A DNA stretch of 64,000 bases from Camelus dromedarius (GCF_036321535.1 NC_087437.1:119910001-119974000); one strand, 5' to 3'. Positions 36,531 to 50,379 are shown, counted from the stretch's first letter. The notes: a model not told the origin generated them from the sequence alone. Numbers and translations are program-made.

Positions 36531-36820
36531 CTTTTTTCAATACGTCATTGTCTCTGCTCTCAAGACTCAAGTCAATCTAGTTGAGAAGAAAAAGCACAAA
36601 TTCATCACAGCTTGTCCCTGCAGGAAGCAAAGAGGAAAAACAGCAGTTTCAGCCCATCCTCAGCGCAGCCTTGGAGCCTCCTCTCGGGCTGGCCTCCCGG
36701 GTCACTGCAGTCTTAAGACTGGACGAGAACATCCCAAGACACCAACGGAACTTCCCACCCGGACCCCCCGCTTCCCGACACCCGCTTACAGGTACGTGTT
36801 TGTTCATTTTCTGGATTAAG

Positions 36821-38070
36821 ATTTTTTTTAATTGAAGTACACTCAGTTTACAGAATTGCGTCCGTAGCTGATGTACAGCGTGTTTCAGTCATACATACAC
36901 ATGTATGCCTTTTAATACCCTTTTTCATGATAGGTCACTGTAAGATATTGAATATAGTTCCCTGTGCTGTACGGTACAAACTTCTTGTTTATCTATTTTA
37001 TATATAGTAGTTAGTATCTGCAAATCTCAAACTCCCAATTTATCCCTCCCTACCCTACTTTGCCCCCTGGTAACCATAAGTTTGTTTCCTATGTCTGTGA
37101 GTCTGTTTCTGTTTTGTAAATAAATTCATTTGTGTCTCTTTTTTTTAGATTCCAAATATGACTGATATCATATGATATTTTTCTTTCTCTTTCTGGCTTA
37201 CTTCACTTAGAATGATGTTCTCCAGGTCCATCCGTGTTGCTGTGAATGGCATTATTTCATTCTTTTTTATGGTTGAGTAGTGTTCCATTGTATTAATATA
37301 CCACATCTTCTTTATCCAGTCATCTGTCAATGGACATTTAGGTTGTTTCCATGTCTTGGCTATTGTAAATAGTGCTGCTATGAACACTGGGGTGCATGTG
37401 TCTTTTCAAATTAGAATTCCCTCCAGATATATGCCCAGGAGTGGGATTGCTGGATCATATGGTAAGTCTATTTTTCATTTTTTAAGGAACCTCCATACTG
37501 TCCTCCATAGTGGCTGCACCAAACTACACTCCCACCAGCAGTGCAGGAGGGCTCCCTGTTCTCCACACCCTCTCCAGCATTTATTATTTGTAGACTTTTG
37601 AATGATGGCCATTCTGACTGGTGTGAGGTGATAACCTCATTGTAGTTTTGATTTGCGTTTCTCTGATAATTAGTGATACTGAGCATCTTTTCATGTGCCT
37701 GTTGTCCATCTGGATGTCTTCCTTGGAGAAATGTCTATTTCGGTCTTCTGCCCATTTTTGGATTGGGTTGTTTGTTTTTTTCTTAAGTTGTATGAGCTGT
37801 TTACATATTTTGGAATTAAACCTTTGTCAGTCACATCATTTGCAAATATGTTCTCCCATTTCATAGGTTGTCTTTTCGTTTTGCTTCTGGTTTCCTCTGC
37901 TGTGCAAAAGCTTGTAAGTTTAATTAGGTCCCATTTGTTTATTTTTGCTTTATTTCTATTGCCTGGGTGGACTGCCCTAGGAGAACATGGCTAAGGTTTA
38001 TGTCAGAGAATGTTCTGCCTATGTTTTCTTCTAGGAAGTTTATTGTGTCTTGTCTTATATTGAAGTTGTT
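36821..38070 (-). mobile_element. LINE-1 3' end (younger family), antisense
   Basis: Minus-strand peptide [48 protein letters not shown] is the L1 ORF2 C-terminus. Confidence 0.92.
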
Positions 38071-38285
38071 TTTCCTTTTTAACTGTTGTAAGCGGTCTCT
38101 GCGCTGTGCCTGAGGTGTAAATATAAAGTCTTCTCAGATCTCTTGTGAGCCTTTCTCTGGGTATACGCACTCACATTCTGATTTTCCCTGTATATGCAGT
38201 TCCCTTCAAATGTCCAAGTCTTTAGTATCTAGTTCCCAAGAGGAAGAAGCAAAACAATGAAGGAGGAAAAACAAAGGGTGCCAGA

Positions 38286-38438
38286 GGGGAGGGCACAGCT
38301 CAGGGGTAGAGCGTGTACTTCGCGTGCACAAGGTCCTAGGTTCAATTCCCAGGACCTCTGTTAAAAATAATATGATGATGATAATAATTAATAAATAAAT
38401 CTAATTACTCCAAAATTTTTTAATTGATTAAAAAAAAA
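38286..38438 (+). mobile_element. tRNA-derived SINE (camelid Vic-1-like)
   Basis: ggggagggcacagctcaggggtagagcgtgtacttcgcgtgcacaaggtcctaggttcaattcccaggacctc followed by an AT-rich tail. Confidence 0.82.
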
Positions 38439-40676
38439 GGAAGCTAGCCCTTTAAATCCCCTGGCGGTCACTCAGCCTGAGGAGGGGGCACCACGCCATG
38501 GCTCTTTGTTGCCCCCCCGCGTCTGCCCCTGTGACTCCAGGGGCAGCAACCAGCCATCAGAGCACAGACCCCCTGCCTGGAGGACGGGGTACCGTCTGCC
38601 CACTGTGACTCCCGCAGTCTGGGCCGGCGGCCCCGGGAGCCCCTGCCCGTGGTGAGCACCTACCACCTCACCTTGGGGTGGGGCTGGGGAGCTGCTCCTG
38701 TGTAAGAGCCGAATTTTACCAAAATTCACTGTAGCTTTCCACCCAGCCCTTCCCCCTTGAGGCTGCAAGGCGTCCACAGACCCCAGATTGAAGCAGTTGC
38801 ATCAGACAGACCCTGTTAGTGCGGACGTCCGGGGGGGTCAGATCTGGCCTTCCCGATTCTGCCACCCTCCCAGGGTCCTGCCACATCATTCTCGGTGCCT
38901 CCTGCGTCAGGGGCGGCGTGGGGGCGGCACCAGGCTCAGGGGCATCCAGACGAAGACAACCGTGCCTTGTCTCCAGGAGGCAGCAGCTGCACGAGGGAGG
39001 GGCTGGACTGGGGGCAGGAAAACCAGGGCGGCCCGGGGTCGGGCGCTGCAGCTGCGTCACCTGGGCCCGTCCCGAGTCTCGGGCCCCGGACCCAGAAAGT
39101 GTGACAACGGTGACGACTGAAAATTCAGCAGAACGGCCCGAGAACACCTCCCGTGGTGTCAGCAGGTCGGCAGTCCTCAGGCAATGTCCTCTTCTTCCCA
39201 TCTCCTTGGAAACAGCCCTCAGAGTCCTCAGCATCACTGCCCCCAAATCTGAAGATCTCAGCGGGGAAACCGTTTTCAAAGGCAAGAGTCACCTCCCACA
39301 GCTGACGGCTCCAGCCACTGCGGTCCCAGGGACAGCTGTGCCCTGTGCCTGCCGGGGGCCGAGCCAGGTCTGCCCGGTGTTGGGTAAAACTTACGCAGGA
39401 CTCCCAGAACACTCAAACGTGAAATGCTAATCCCCGCACACCACGAGGCAAAACGAAAAGGCCAGGCACCAGTGAGGACGTAACGAGGGGACCCACGCAG
39501 ATCCAGCTCAGGAACAGTGGAACACCACTCGGCGTCAGGATTCAGGGCTGCGGTCACCGGGGACGGAGCCCGAGAAGACGGGAGGGGCCGGGGCGTCTCT
39601 GGCCCTGGGAGCCGACCACACGGCTGGGCGGGACAACGGGGGCTCGAGCTTGCTGTGTGCCGCGCACCTAGGCAGGCCCTCTCCCCAGCAGGCTGGCAAA
39701 GTGACATTTTCAGGTTAAAAAAGAAAAACAGAAAGCTGGTGGCAGGACTTGTCGTCCACAGGCCGTCTGTTCTGGACCAGAAGCCAAGAGCAGCGTGGCG
39801 AGCCTGCCGAACACCCGCCGAGGTGTCGGCCAGCGGGCCGGGGGCTCTGTGATGCCCGCTGGCTCTGCCGTTGGAGGACAGGCAGCCGGCCACGGATGCA
39901 GGAAGGACCAGGGCCCGGGTGCGGACCCAGGCACCAATCACCCAGGCGTGATGCGCTTTCAGACAGACGAAGACCAGACATCCAGTCCTTGAACGAGCGT
40001 CCTCTTCCGTCCCTGCTCCCTGCAGTCCAAATAAAGCGACAAGTGAGCCGTGAACAGCCGCCCTGCCCCAGCCCTCTCTGCGGGTAACCTGTAGTTACCT
40101 GTAGTTACCTGGCAGCTCCCACCTGGCTCCCCCAGCCTCATGCTTAGAAAGAGAAGCTCAGAGGAAGAGGCAGGGCGAGGAGGAGGGATGGTCTGTCCAA
40201 ACGGGGTTCCCCGGCTGCGGGTCTGGGGCTCCTCTCAATACTTACTCTGACCCATACTTCCCTCCCCTCAACACGTGTAGATTAAGAGCCAGCTGAGAAC
40301 TGCAGTATTAATACAAAAGCCTGTGTTCCCGACCTGCTTTGGATCCTCAGAGCCTGGCACACAGTGGAGCCCAGTAATTCTTGCAGTGATTTAATAGCAT
40401 CGTCTACAGTGTATAATCCTACGTATTGCAATACATACACCGCATACGTATTTCTGACCCGATGTCTCACGAGCTACTATTTATCAGGGGCTTACTACGC
40501 GCCGCGCGCTGCTCTCCACAAGACACAGATGAATGAATATAAGCGGTTTCTCCTACATGTAACATTCACACTCTTAGCAAGCGGGCGTCCCCGTTACCCT
40601 CCGTGTGGACGCCACACGGCAGACGTCAGCTGTGACTCGCGGTCACAGTCGCTTCGCTAGTCTAAGCCTTCCTACG

Positions 40677-40930
40677 TTACGGACTGAAGTTTGTGTCTCC
40701 CCACGGTTCACATGCTGAAATCCTTTTTTTTTTTTTTTTTGCATTCTTTTTATTGAAGCACAGTCAGTTTATAATGCTGTGTCAATTGCTGGTGTACAGC
40801 GTTATGCTTCGGTCACACTGCATGTTGAAATCTCAGTGCCTGATGCGATGGCGTTAGGAGCTGGGGCCTTCGGGAGGAGATGAGGTCATGAGGGTGGGGC
40901 TCCCGTGAACGGGATCCGCGCCCTTATCAC
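40677..40930 (+). mobile_element. MLT1A-like LTR fragment interrupted by a ~100-bp antisense L1 3' end (40723-40820)
   Basis: Poly-T plus ttttattgaagcacagtcagtttataatg, flanked by a near-perfect 12-bp target-site duplication catgctgaaatc (40711-40722) / catgttgaaatc (40821-40832). Confidence 0.75.
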
Positions 40931-41949
40931 CCACAGAGCAGTGGCTCTTGGGAACCCCCCGTTTGCTCAGAAACAACCTGGATCCTCCAGTATTGTGAAG
41001 ACTGCTTCCGAAGGCTCTCAAATGCTTGTTTGATGGTGACCACAAATGCAAACGCAAGCGACAGTGCGTCTTCACCAGCTATGTGGGGTTTACTGTTGGG
41101 GATTTCCTGTGGGACAAGGCATCTTCCAGCCACGTCTCCAACTGGCCTCCCCCACGGTGGTCCCTGCACCCCCGGACTCTCAGTGTTGCCACAGCCCTGT
41201 CCCCCACATCACCAGCAACGGGAGAACAGGAGGGGCCAGGCTGGAGTCAGAAGAGCCAGCACATTTGCACAAGGAAGTTCTGTCCCTTCTCCCACAGGGT
41301 GAAGCTGGCCTGGTCGCCTGCATCAGAGGCAAGAAAGGACAAAGGCCGCTGCGTGGGAGCGAGGCTCTCGCTGCCCTCCGTGGAGGTGCGGCCCCTCCCA
41401 GACCTGCCTGCCGACAGCCAAGGGGGTGCATGGGGCACAGGACACCACCCCCTCCACCACTCTGCTGCCCTTGGGTGCCCTGACGATGCGGGGCAGCTGT
41501 CGGGACACGGAAGGGCGAGCAGAAGTCAGGTGCGTGCATGTGCGTAAGTGAACACGCACGCACACACGGCCGCAGCCTCTGAGTGAGGGACGGACTCACT
41601 GACCCTGGGCGGCGGGGCACAGAGGAGCAGAGTCCCCAACAGGGAAGGAGGGGGTTAGCCCTCCCCGAGCACCAGAGGGACTTAGAAAATTCTGAGGAAG
41701 GCACTTTGGGGTGAGGGGCCCCTGGGGAGGGTTCCCAATGCCCTCTTGTTGGCTGGACCCATCAACCTCCCACGGGGTCCCACTTGCCCGGGTCCACACT
41801 TGGTGCTGGGGAGGCACCGACTGTCAGGGGCCCGAGGAAAGCCTGCAGGACGGAAGCTCTCTGCGGCTTGACGAGGATGACAGCGCAGGTGCACGTGGCG
41901 GGCAGCGCTCACCCAGCTGCTCCATGTAAATTAACCGTCTCCGCAAAAT

Positions 41950-44900
41950 GCAACCTGCCCCGCGAAGGCAGGAAGGGCAGGCGCGGGGCCCCTGCTCACC
42001 TGCCCCGGACGCTCCCCTGCCGTCCCCCGGCTCTGCCGGTCACTCCCACAGACGCACCAACGGGCCAAGTGCCTCCCCTGTTTCAAGTGTCCCCACTAAC
42101 ATCCTCTTCCAGTTCCAGGATCCCAGCCAGGCCCACGCTGCCCCGAACTGCCAGTCCCCAGTTGCTTCTGTGCTAAGGCGTCCCCGTCTGCTGTCCTTGG
42201 TGGCCATGCCGCCTTCGCTGGGCCCTGGACGTTGTCCCTTTGCCTGGGCTTGTCCGCCGTTTCACGAGGTCACTCCTGTTGGCAGGAGCACCACAGCCGA
42301 GACACCAGATGCTGCTCAGCGCGCCAGACCAGTGAGGACGCGGTGTCTGCACGCCTGGCTCAGGGGAGGCACTGCCATCGCCAGGCTAGGGTGGCGCCTG
42401 CCGGGTTTCCCATCGTGAAGGTGCGGTTTCCTGTGGTAACGGACGAGTATCTTGGAGGAGGTACTTTGGAGCCATGCAACCTCCCTGCTGCTCCCCAAAC
42501 TTCTGCCCCTGAACTGAGCCTCCATCGGTGAGTCTTGCTATGGTGTTTGCCTAGTGGTGACGTTGAGTTTCAGTCCTTCCTTTTACGTTTCTCTGCTGGA
42601 ACTCTTCTGGACGGAGAACCTGGCTCTCCTCCGCCATGTAGGTGTGTATTCAGCCGATGGCTTGGACCAGCTGGGTCCGTGGGTATGTGTCTCACACTCT
42701 GGGTTACTGTCCAGCTCAGTCACCATCTACTTAGTCGCTCAGAATGCCCCAGCTTTGGCCACTGGGAATGCCTGCAGGTTGGGTCCTGGGTCCTTTAAAC
42801 AAAGACCCCTCTTTTTTCAAGCAATTCCTTATTTTCTGGTTCCATGAGACACCCTAGGCTCGGCTTCTATTCCCCTGCCACAGTCCTGGGATCAACCCCT
42901 CCTCCACGGATCCCGGTTTCTGATACTGGAGAATGGTGCTTAAAAATGGAGATCTGGGCATGAAGTGAGCTCACTGGGACTGAGATGTCACTGTCTTTGA
43001 GCAACGAGAGCTAGAAACCGTCCGTAGACACGCTAACCCCAGCGCACGCCCGCTTCCGTTCATCTGTCTGAACACGTGTACAATGAAAACCACAGATTCA
43101 CCCCGATTCCTTGGATTCCAGCCCAAAGGAACCGCCAGCCCCCTTTCCTTGTTGGCGACTTCTTTCTCCAACAGGGAGGACCCTGGCCCCCTACCCCGCC
43201 GTGTATTTACTTGTTTGTTCAGTCCCAACGTGACATAAAGTGATTCCAGTATTGCTAACCCACACCCCTGTGTGGGATGAATTTACTGCCTATTTTTTGA
43301 AGACTTCTCGGGGGGAAGTAATTAGGTTTATTTCTTTATTTTTAACAGAGGTACCGGCAACTTAACCCAGGACCTTGTGCGTGCCAAGCACGCGCTCTAC
43401 TGCTGAGCTCCACCCTCCCCGCCGTGAATTTACGGTCTGAAGCACAGTATTTTGTCTGGGTCTTTTTGTCTTTAGACTTAACAGCACTGTGGCAAAATTC
43501 TGTTCTGCAGAGTGACTTAACGCTGGCTCTCTCCTTCCGCAGCCCCTTCACAGAGGCCGGTTACTGACTGTACGGAAGTTAGGTTCATTTATTCCTGTTT
43601 GTATTCTGTCTCCCCCCACACCCCGGTTGGCTTTCATGGTTTACGTGGGGGTGCGCTACTATGGTTCTAAGAATGGGAGCTTTACAAACAAGCAGCCTTG
43701 GGTAAAAGTTGCTCCCACCTTCCCCCTCCTCCCCACTCTTCAGCTTCTGGTTTATCCTGTATTCTTTCTGCACAAAAGAGCAGATGCCTGTGTCTTGTCT
43801 TCCATCCCCATCTTTCTTACATGAAGGGAGCATGCTACAGTCACGCGTGTGCATGCTGTCCCTCCACGTGACGGTGTGTCCTGGCAATCACTCGTCTGTG
43901 CACAGAGGCCTTCTCCGTCCACGTCCCAGCTGCACAGGCTGGAGCCCGTGGGTGCACCCTCCCTGCGTGGGCACCTGCCCTGGCTCCAACATTCTGCAGT
44001 GACAAACCACGCTCAACAATGAACCTCATGGGTGTGTATGTTCATACTGTTGGACATGTATCCCCAGGGTGGGTCCCAAGAAGGAAGAGGGGCAGCACAC
44101 GAGTGCACGTGCGGTGCTGCTGGTCACTGCCAAGCGCGCATCTCTTCCAGCGAAGCACGGGGGGCGGTTCCCGCTGAGTGTGTGTCATCGTTTTATTTAA
44201 GCTGCCGGCGGTCTGCTGAGTGAGACGTAGTATCTCATTGTTGTTCTGATTTGCATTCTCTAGTTATGAGTGAGTCAGAGCATTTTTTTTCATGCTGTGG
44301 GAGTTATTTTTATTTCTCTTTTGTAAATTATTTGGGCACGACTTTTTCGCATTTCTCCATCTGGTTCTCGGTCCTTTGTCTCTCAACCTTTGAAAGAGCT
44401 CTTTATATGATCAGGACATCACAAAGGGACAGACAGGGAGCTCTCTGTGGTCTGTGTTGCAAATATTTTCTCCCAGTTTGTCAGTTCAGTTTTTATGTGG
44501 TTTATGGTATTTTCTGTCACGCAAAAACCTTTTATTTGTATGCAGTCACATTTATCCATCCTTTTCTCCTACTGCCTCTGGATTTTGAGTCACACGTCGA
44601 CCCTCCCTACACAAAAGTTAACAAGGAACCCACCTGTGTTTCCATCGCTTGCATGGTTTCATTTTTCACTTCCTAACCTGTCAGAGGCCACTCCTGTGTG
44701 TGGAGTGAGAGGAATCTAATTTTCTTTTTCCGAATGGCAATCCAACTGTCCCAGCACGTTTTCTTTAAAAAATTCATCTTTGCCCAGTGGCCTGAGACGC
44801 CACCCTCTCACGCGTGGCCTCCACTTGAACTGGGGCTAATTCTGCACTTTCGCCCGTCCCTTGCTCTGTGTTCACGAGCCTGCACCGCAGGGTCCTGACG

Positions 44901-46150
44901 ACAGAGGCGTGGTGGTGAGTGTCACTGCTGGTCAGGTTAGTCCCCCCTCAGTTTTCCTGGATATTTTTGTTTTTCCGTATGACCTTCAGTATCAACTCAC
45001 CGGAACTCCATAAAATAGCTAGTATTTTTACAGGATTGCTTTGAACTTATAAAGTTAGGGAGAACTGACATCCTTATAAAGCTGTCATTCCATCCAAAAG
45101 GAGAGATGTCTTTCCATGTGTTCAGGTCTGCTTTTGGGTCTTTCAAGACTACAATGTTCATTGCAGAGGTCTGCATGTTTCTGGTTAAATTTATTCCTGA
45201 GCAACCTCTGAGGCAACTGTAAACGGAATTTCCTCTGCGGTGATTCGCTTACTGTCCACATCTAGGAAGGCTACTGACTTCTTTTTATGCTGGTTTTGTA
45301 CCCAGCTACTTCCCTGAATTCCTTCCCTTGGAGCGTGGATGCCCTAGGCATCTCCAGATGTGCTACCCCGTCATCTGCAAACACAGCTGGGTGCGCTGCT
45401 TCTCTGCCAGCTGCCAGGCCCCCGACGGCGCCCCCTGCCCGGTGCCGCGCTGGACTGCAGGGGGCAGGGGGTGCTGTGCGGCGGCCCCAATTTTACTGGG
45501 GCTGTCTCTGTCTCTTCATAGAGTAAGACAGTGGCGTCAGGCCCAGGGTGTACAAATATATATTCTTATGTCAAGAACACATCCCTCAGATGATTGCACA
45601 CAACGTACTTAACGTCAGCGTACTTAAAGATGGCTAGAATGGCAGGCTGTATGTGTATTTTCACCCCCATTTTTCAAAAACAGAAAGCACCGCTCAATCC
45701 CCGTTTTCTGCAGTGTGTTCACCATGGATGCGGAGTTCTGCCCAAGGCTGGTCTCCATGGAGATGACGGAACGTCTTCCACCAGCAGGTTTCCTAGCACC
45801 GAGCAGACCTGCACGCTTAAAGCAAGCCCCGCCCGGTCGCTGTGCGCTGCTTCCGTAGCCCGGTGCTGGAGTCCGGCTGCGAGCGCCCAGCGTTGCTGTA
45901 CTGATACTGATGAGGGACACCGGTACGCAGGCTTTCCCTCTGTGTCGTCTGCATCTGGCTTCAGCACCCAGTGTCACGTGAGCGTCACAGAGAACCAGGG
46001 AGCTTCCTTCCTCTCCTACGCTCCGCAACACTGGATGGCGCTCTGGGACTGTCTGGTCTTTCAAGTCTGGTGGAATTCCCTTGTGATCTCTGGGCCTGGG
46101 GTTTTCCTGGGGTGGGTATTTCCTTAATAACTTTCTCTGTTACAGTTACT
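41950..46150 (-). mobile_element. very old, GC-shifted LINE-1 (L1MC-like 3' UTR + ORF2 remnants)
   Basis: Recognisable anchors: ttccaggatcccagccagg, tatctcattgttgttctgatttgcattctctagttatgagtgag, ttgcaaatattttctcccagtttgtc, gtcatctgcaaac. Boundaries approximate. Confidence 0.7.
43293..43420 (-). mobile_element. tRNA-derived SINE (camelid Vic-1-like), antisense
   Basis: Reverse complement of the same SINE (aacccaggaccttgtgcgtgccaagcacgcgctctactgctgagctccaccctcccc); flanked by tgaatttactgcct / tgaatttacggtct (diverged TSD). Confidence 0.85.
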
Positions 46151-47999
46151 TTTAACCTAGTTGCTCCCACTTAACCACATACGGTGAAGAGCTTTCCAAC
46201 CAGCACCTACAAGAGCCTCTTCCCACTGTGCTGGTGGCTTTCCAATACTGAGCTGTTACGGTTCAAAACAAGCGTCATCCCAGGGGTCGACGGCAGAGGG
46301 GCCTGGAGCCCACGTGCTGTACCCAGCCTGGGCCTGGCAGGTTTCACTGGGCACGGGGCCAGCATGGGGACCTGTCGTGTCTGCTCTCGGGGTCAGACTC
46401 AGAGCGAGGGGACTGCGGGAAGTCATCACCCTCAGGCAAGGGCACCGCCTGAAGGTTTGCTGTGCGGAACAAGCCGCTTGTGCCTAAGAGTACGAGGCAG
46501 CACGCTCATGGCACGCTCCTAGGACCGTGTCACTGGAACATTCAGTCGTCAGAATCTTCTGTGAAAGGGGCAGACGCCCCTAGCTGGGTCACTATGATAG
46601 GCATCTCGCGTCCTTTTGATTTCTCTGGCTAATGGTCTGAGCCGCGAACCTCAAAGAACACGAAGCTAAGAGATGCTCGGCCCGGAGCCGCAGGCTTCCA
46701 GGGTCTCCCCCTCCTGTCATCACCCCCGCTGCGCAGAGCATCCTTGGGGGCACATGGGGGCGGCATTCCTGACTCTCTGGACTCGCCGGGCCCCTGACGG
46801 GCTCTTCTCCCTCCCGACACCTGCCCGCTCCCGTCAAGCCAGAAAAACCAAAACAAAACATCCAGAGGGGCCACGAATGCAGTTTTATTGTTTTAGCTCC
46901 TTCATTTCTGTCATGGAATTGGAATCAGCAAAACACAACATATCCAGTGTCAGGCTTGTGATTTTCTGCTTCAAAAACTGGCAGATCTCACTATGAATCT
47001 TAGAGTGAACGCCACGCTGCTCCCACGTCCTGGTGAAAAGCCAGGTTTGGGGGACAAAACTAAACTGCTTCTGACGCGGGGATCGCAGTCTCCCCACACG
47101 AGTGCCTCCCGCCAGCCTCCCGCCCCGCCCCGCCCCGCCCCGCATCAGGGGGCCGCCCCGATGCTGTCACCTCTTCCAGAACAAGCCATTCCAAAGGGGT
47201 GCGGGGTGGAGAAAACCCTTCCAAGGCCAGGACAATACCCCAGATCACAAACAAAGCAACGAACACATCTGATTGCCAGAAAGGTCACACGACAAAGCCT
47301 CTAGAAAGCCAACAGCCAAACCGGAAAGATGCTCAACCCACACGGCAGGGGAGACCAGAGCACTCAGCTTCGAGTCAGTCCCGCCCCCCAGGAAGCACTG
47401 CCAAGCCACCACGCCAGGACCCTCACAGGCAGCTTAGACGAGAGGCCACTGTGCCTCCCTTGTCACAAGACAACGGGACTCAGCTGCAGGCCACGGAGAG
47501 CCTGGGGGTCCGGATACCCGCCCCCAGGGCCAACCAGACGCCAGGCAGCATGGGTCTGAGGACCTGTGCCTGGAAGCAATTCTCTGAAGGCGCAGGGAGG
47601 GAGGCCCCAACGCAGTGGAGACGGAAACTGGAATTCAGAGGCAAGGCAGCTCGAATCTGGGACAGAGGACCTGTAAAGAGGGAGCTGCACAGCTCACGGG
47701 ATCTGCCAGGGGTCCTCTTGGGTCTTGGATCAAACACCAACCTGCACGTGTGGGTGGAACCCCATGCACATCACATGAGTGACTTTTGAGGAAAGAACCA
47801 TTCCCAGACCCCCGGGGATGAGCTGGGTCCCCCAGGCCAGCCCATGCGGGGAGACGTCACGAATACACAGCATGCTCAGCGTGGGCCCTGGGGGGGCCAA
47901 CCTCGGAAGTGGGAGCGCGCCATCCCTCCCAGGGCCAGTCCAGAGCCGCCCCAATGAGCTCAAAGCCCGACCTCGAAAGGTGGACTTGACCCACAGCAG

Positions 48000-48780
48000 C
48001 TAAACTGCTGCCAGGGACAGAGCGACATTCTTTCAAGGAACATCGTGAAACTCGGTGCTCAACCGTGAAAACGTCACAATGCTGGGCACCTAGCACCTAG
48101 ACATACTCAGTAGCGGGAAGACGTGGCCGTAAGCAGAAGATCAGTCAACAGAAGCAGCAGGAATGACGGAGAAGACGGAATTAACACAAAGGAAAACAAT
48201 CATTCTAAGGACGCACCAGATGCTCAAGGATTTTTTTTAACAAGTATGATGAGAAGAGGAACAGAAGACATTTGTTTAAAAGGACAAAATGAATTTCACA
48301 GAGACGAGAAACACAGTATCTGATCACGGAAAATACTCAGCCTTGGGTTAACAGTGGCGCAGACAGCACCGGGCATCAGGGGGCGTGAAGCAGCGGGAAG
48401 AACCCACCCAAAACGAAGCCCGAGCACGAAGGAGCCCGGGGTGGGGGCTGCTGGCCGCGGGCCCGTCCAGCGGCCCGACACACAAGCACCGGGACTGCGG
48501 AAGCAAGGACAGAAGGTGCCAGGGAGAAACCCGAAGAAGTAACAGCTGGAAACTTCCAAATTCAATTAAAAAAAAAAAAACTAAATGCACAGATCTAAGA
48601 AATGCCAAGAAACCCTAAAAGGACACACACACCCCTCCCAAAGCATATCATGATCAAACGACGGACAACCAGTGACGGGCAGGGAAGCCTTAAACTCCAG
48701 GAAGAGAGACGCGTTACGTGCAGCAGGGGAAAGGTGCATCTGTCAAGGGAGAGAAACCACACGGATAACTTAAGGGGGAA
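48000..48780 (+). mobile_element. old LINE-1 ORF1 remnant
   Basis: aaacttccaaattcaatt...cacagatctaagaaatgccaagaaaccc...aagcatatcatgatcaaac resembles the ORF1 NFPNL...IQE...TPRHIIIK segment. Confidence 0.6.
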
Positions 48781-49330
48781 AACTGAATAGGAAGAATTAC
48801 TAAATAGCAACAGGGGGTGGTCCACTAAATTATGGACGACTTTAAAGAACAGAGGAATCTCAGGTCTGGGAGTACCCCGAATCCCTCGGACGGAGCAGCC
48901 CCCAGACGCTGCAGCCAGAACAAGGCGCTCACTCAGCTGAGATCTGTCAAGGCCCGTTGATGGAAGGACTGATCCCAGAGGCGTGGACAGGGTTTGGGGA
49001 CCAAGAAAAAGCCATTTCTGCCCCTGGGGCTGGAGCCAGAGGCACCCCCCTCACCCCCCCAGAGGCGGCAGCCCTGCGGGAAGGCGCTGCTGGGCTCCGG
49101 GACGACTAAGCCCCCAGGAGCAGAGGCGACCGCCTCCCACACCCCTCAGCGCCCCTCTGCTGCCCTCCCAACCCCCGCAGGGCGGGGATGACCATGGGCG
49201 CAGGGTGTCAGAGAGCCCCACTCCCCCTGCCCCCAGGGAACACAGTGAACGAGGTGAGGAAGAAGGTCCAAGGAGAGATAAGCTAACCAGTTCGTCTGAA
49301 CCACCACACGGATTTTTAAAAGCCCTTAAA

Positions 49331-49645
49331 TTGGGATTGACACACTTTTCTGTAAAGGGCCGGACTGTGCAGGCCATCCGGTCTCCCTGGCAACCACCTC
49401 ACTCGGCCGCTACAGCCCGACACCGACACTGACCCCCCAGTCGAGCAGGCGTGGCCATGTCCCAGTAAAAATTTATTTATGGACACTGGAACTTAAATTG
49501 CATATGATTTTCACATATCTGGAAATACTTTTTTTTTTTTTGATATTTTCTAACCATTTAAACACGTAAAAACCATGCTCAGCTCAAAGCACAGAAAATC
49601 AGGCCACAGGCAGGATCTGGCCAGCAGGCCAGTTTGCCGACCTCA
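49331..49645 (+). mobile_element. MER58B-like non-autonomous hAT-Charlie DNA transposon
   Basis: cttttctgtaaagggcc...aaaatttatttatggacactg...aaccatttaaacacgtaaaaaccat...ggatctggcc.gcaggccagtttgccgacc matches the recalled MER58B layout. Confidence 0.75.
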
Positions 49646-50373
49646 ATCTTAGACCAAGTCACCATCAAGAACAAACCCAATTTTCTCCTAAAACCAGGAA
49701 TTCAAAGCAGATCCTTACTGAAAGCACGCCCTGCGCCAGGTGCAACGCTGACGAGGTCAGGCTCCTCTATGCGGACCGTGGCCAGGTCGCCCCCACGTGG
49801 CTCCTGGGCACCCCATTCTGTCCCAGGCCCACCCCGCCCCCGTTCCTGGACTTCTCTGTCCAATCGGCCCCCAGTCTAGGGCAGCCCGGATGCCCCGTGT
49901 GGGAAGCAGCCCTCAGCAGCTCACGAACAGCTCTGTTTTCAGATCAGTGTTTAAAGTAAAACAAGGCACTTAGGAAAAATATGAAGCACCCAGCTTTTGA
50001 TACACAAAACGATTTGTTTCCAAGTGCCCTGGGAAAGCCCACACCAAAACAGTATCTTCAAATCAAAAAGCGAATGTTTCAGTCACACACAGTACACTCA
50101 TCACTGTTTTGCTCGATGTATTTCGGAATTAGTTCCACGTGTCGCTGCTAAACTTCCAGAAGCTGCAGAAAAGCTCATCTTTATGATCGGTGATTAGACT
50201 TCAGCTGACACGGCCGCTCTCCAACACACGAACAAGTTTAAATCAACATCACGAACACACACACCACCCATCCTCTCCCCGTGGAGCACGCGTCCAGCCA
50301 GGGCTCCCCCGTCCTCACACGTCCGCAGACAAGCCCACCGTTTCCACGACGTCCCTAGGGGACACCTGAGCTA

Positions 50374-50379
50374 TTTAAT
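50374..50379 (-). promoter_or_regulatory. candidate WDR4 poly(A) signal ATTAAA
   Basis: tttaat on + reads ATTAAA on -; ~430 nt past the WDR4 stop, with GU-rich sequence downstream on the - strand. Confidence 0.4.

Noticed and set aside
49472..49477. AATAAA on the - strand as the WDR4 poly(A) signal
   Set aside because: It lies inside the MER58-like element, where this motif is part of the recalled consensus; it cannot be supported without transcript data.
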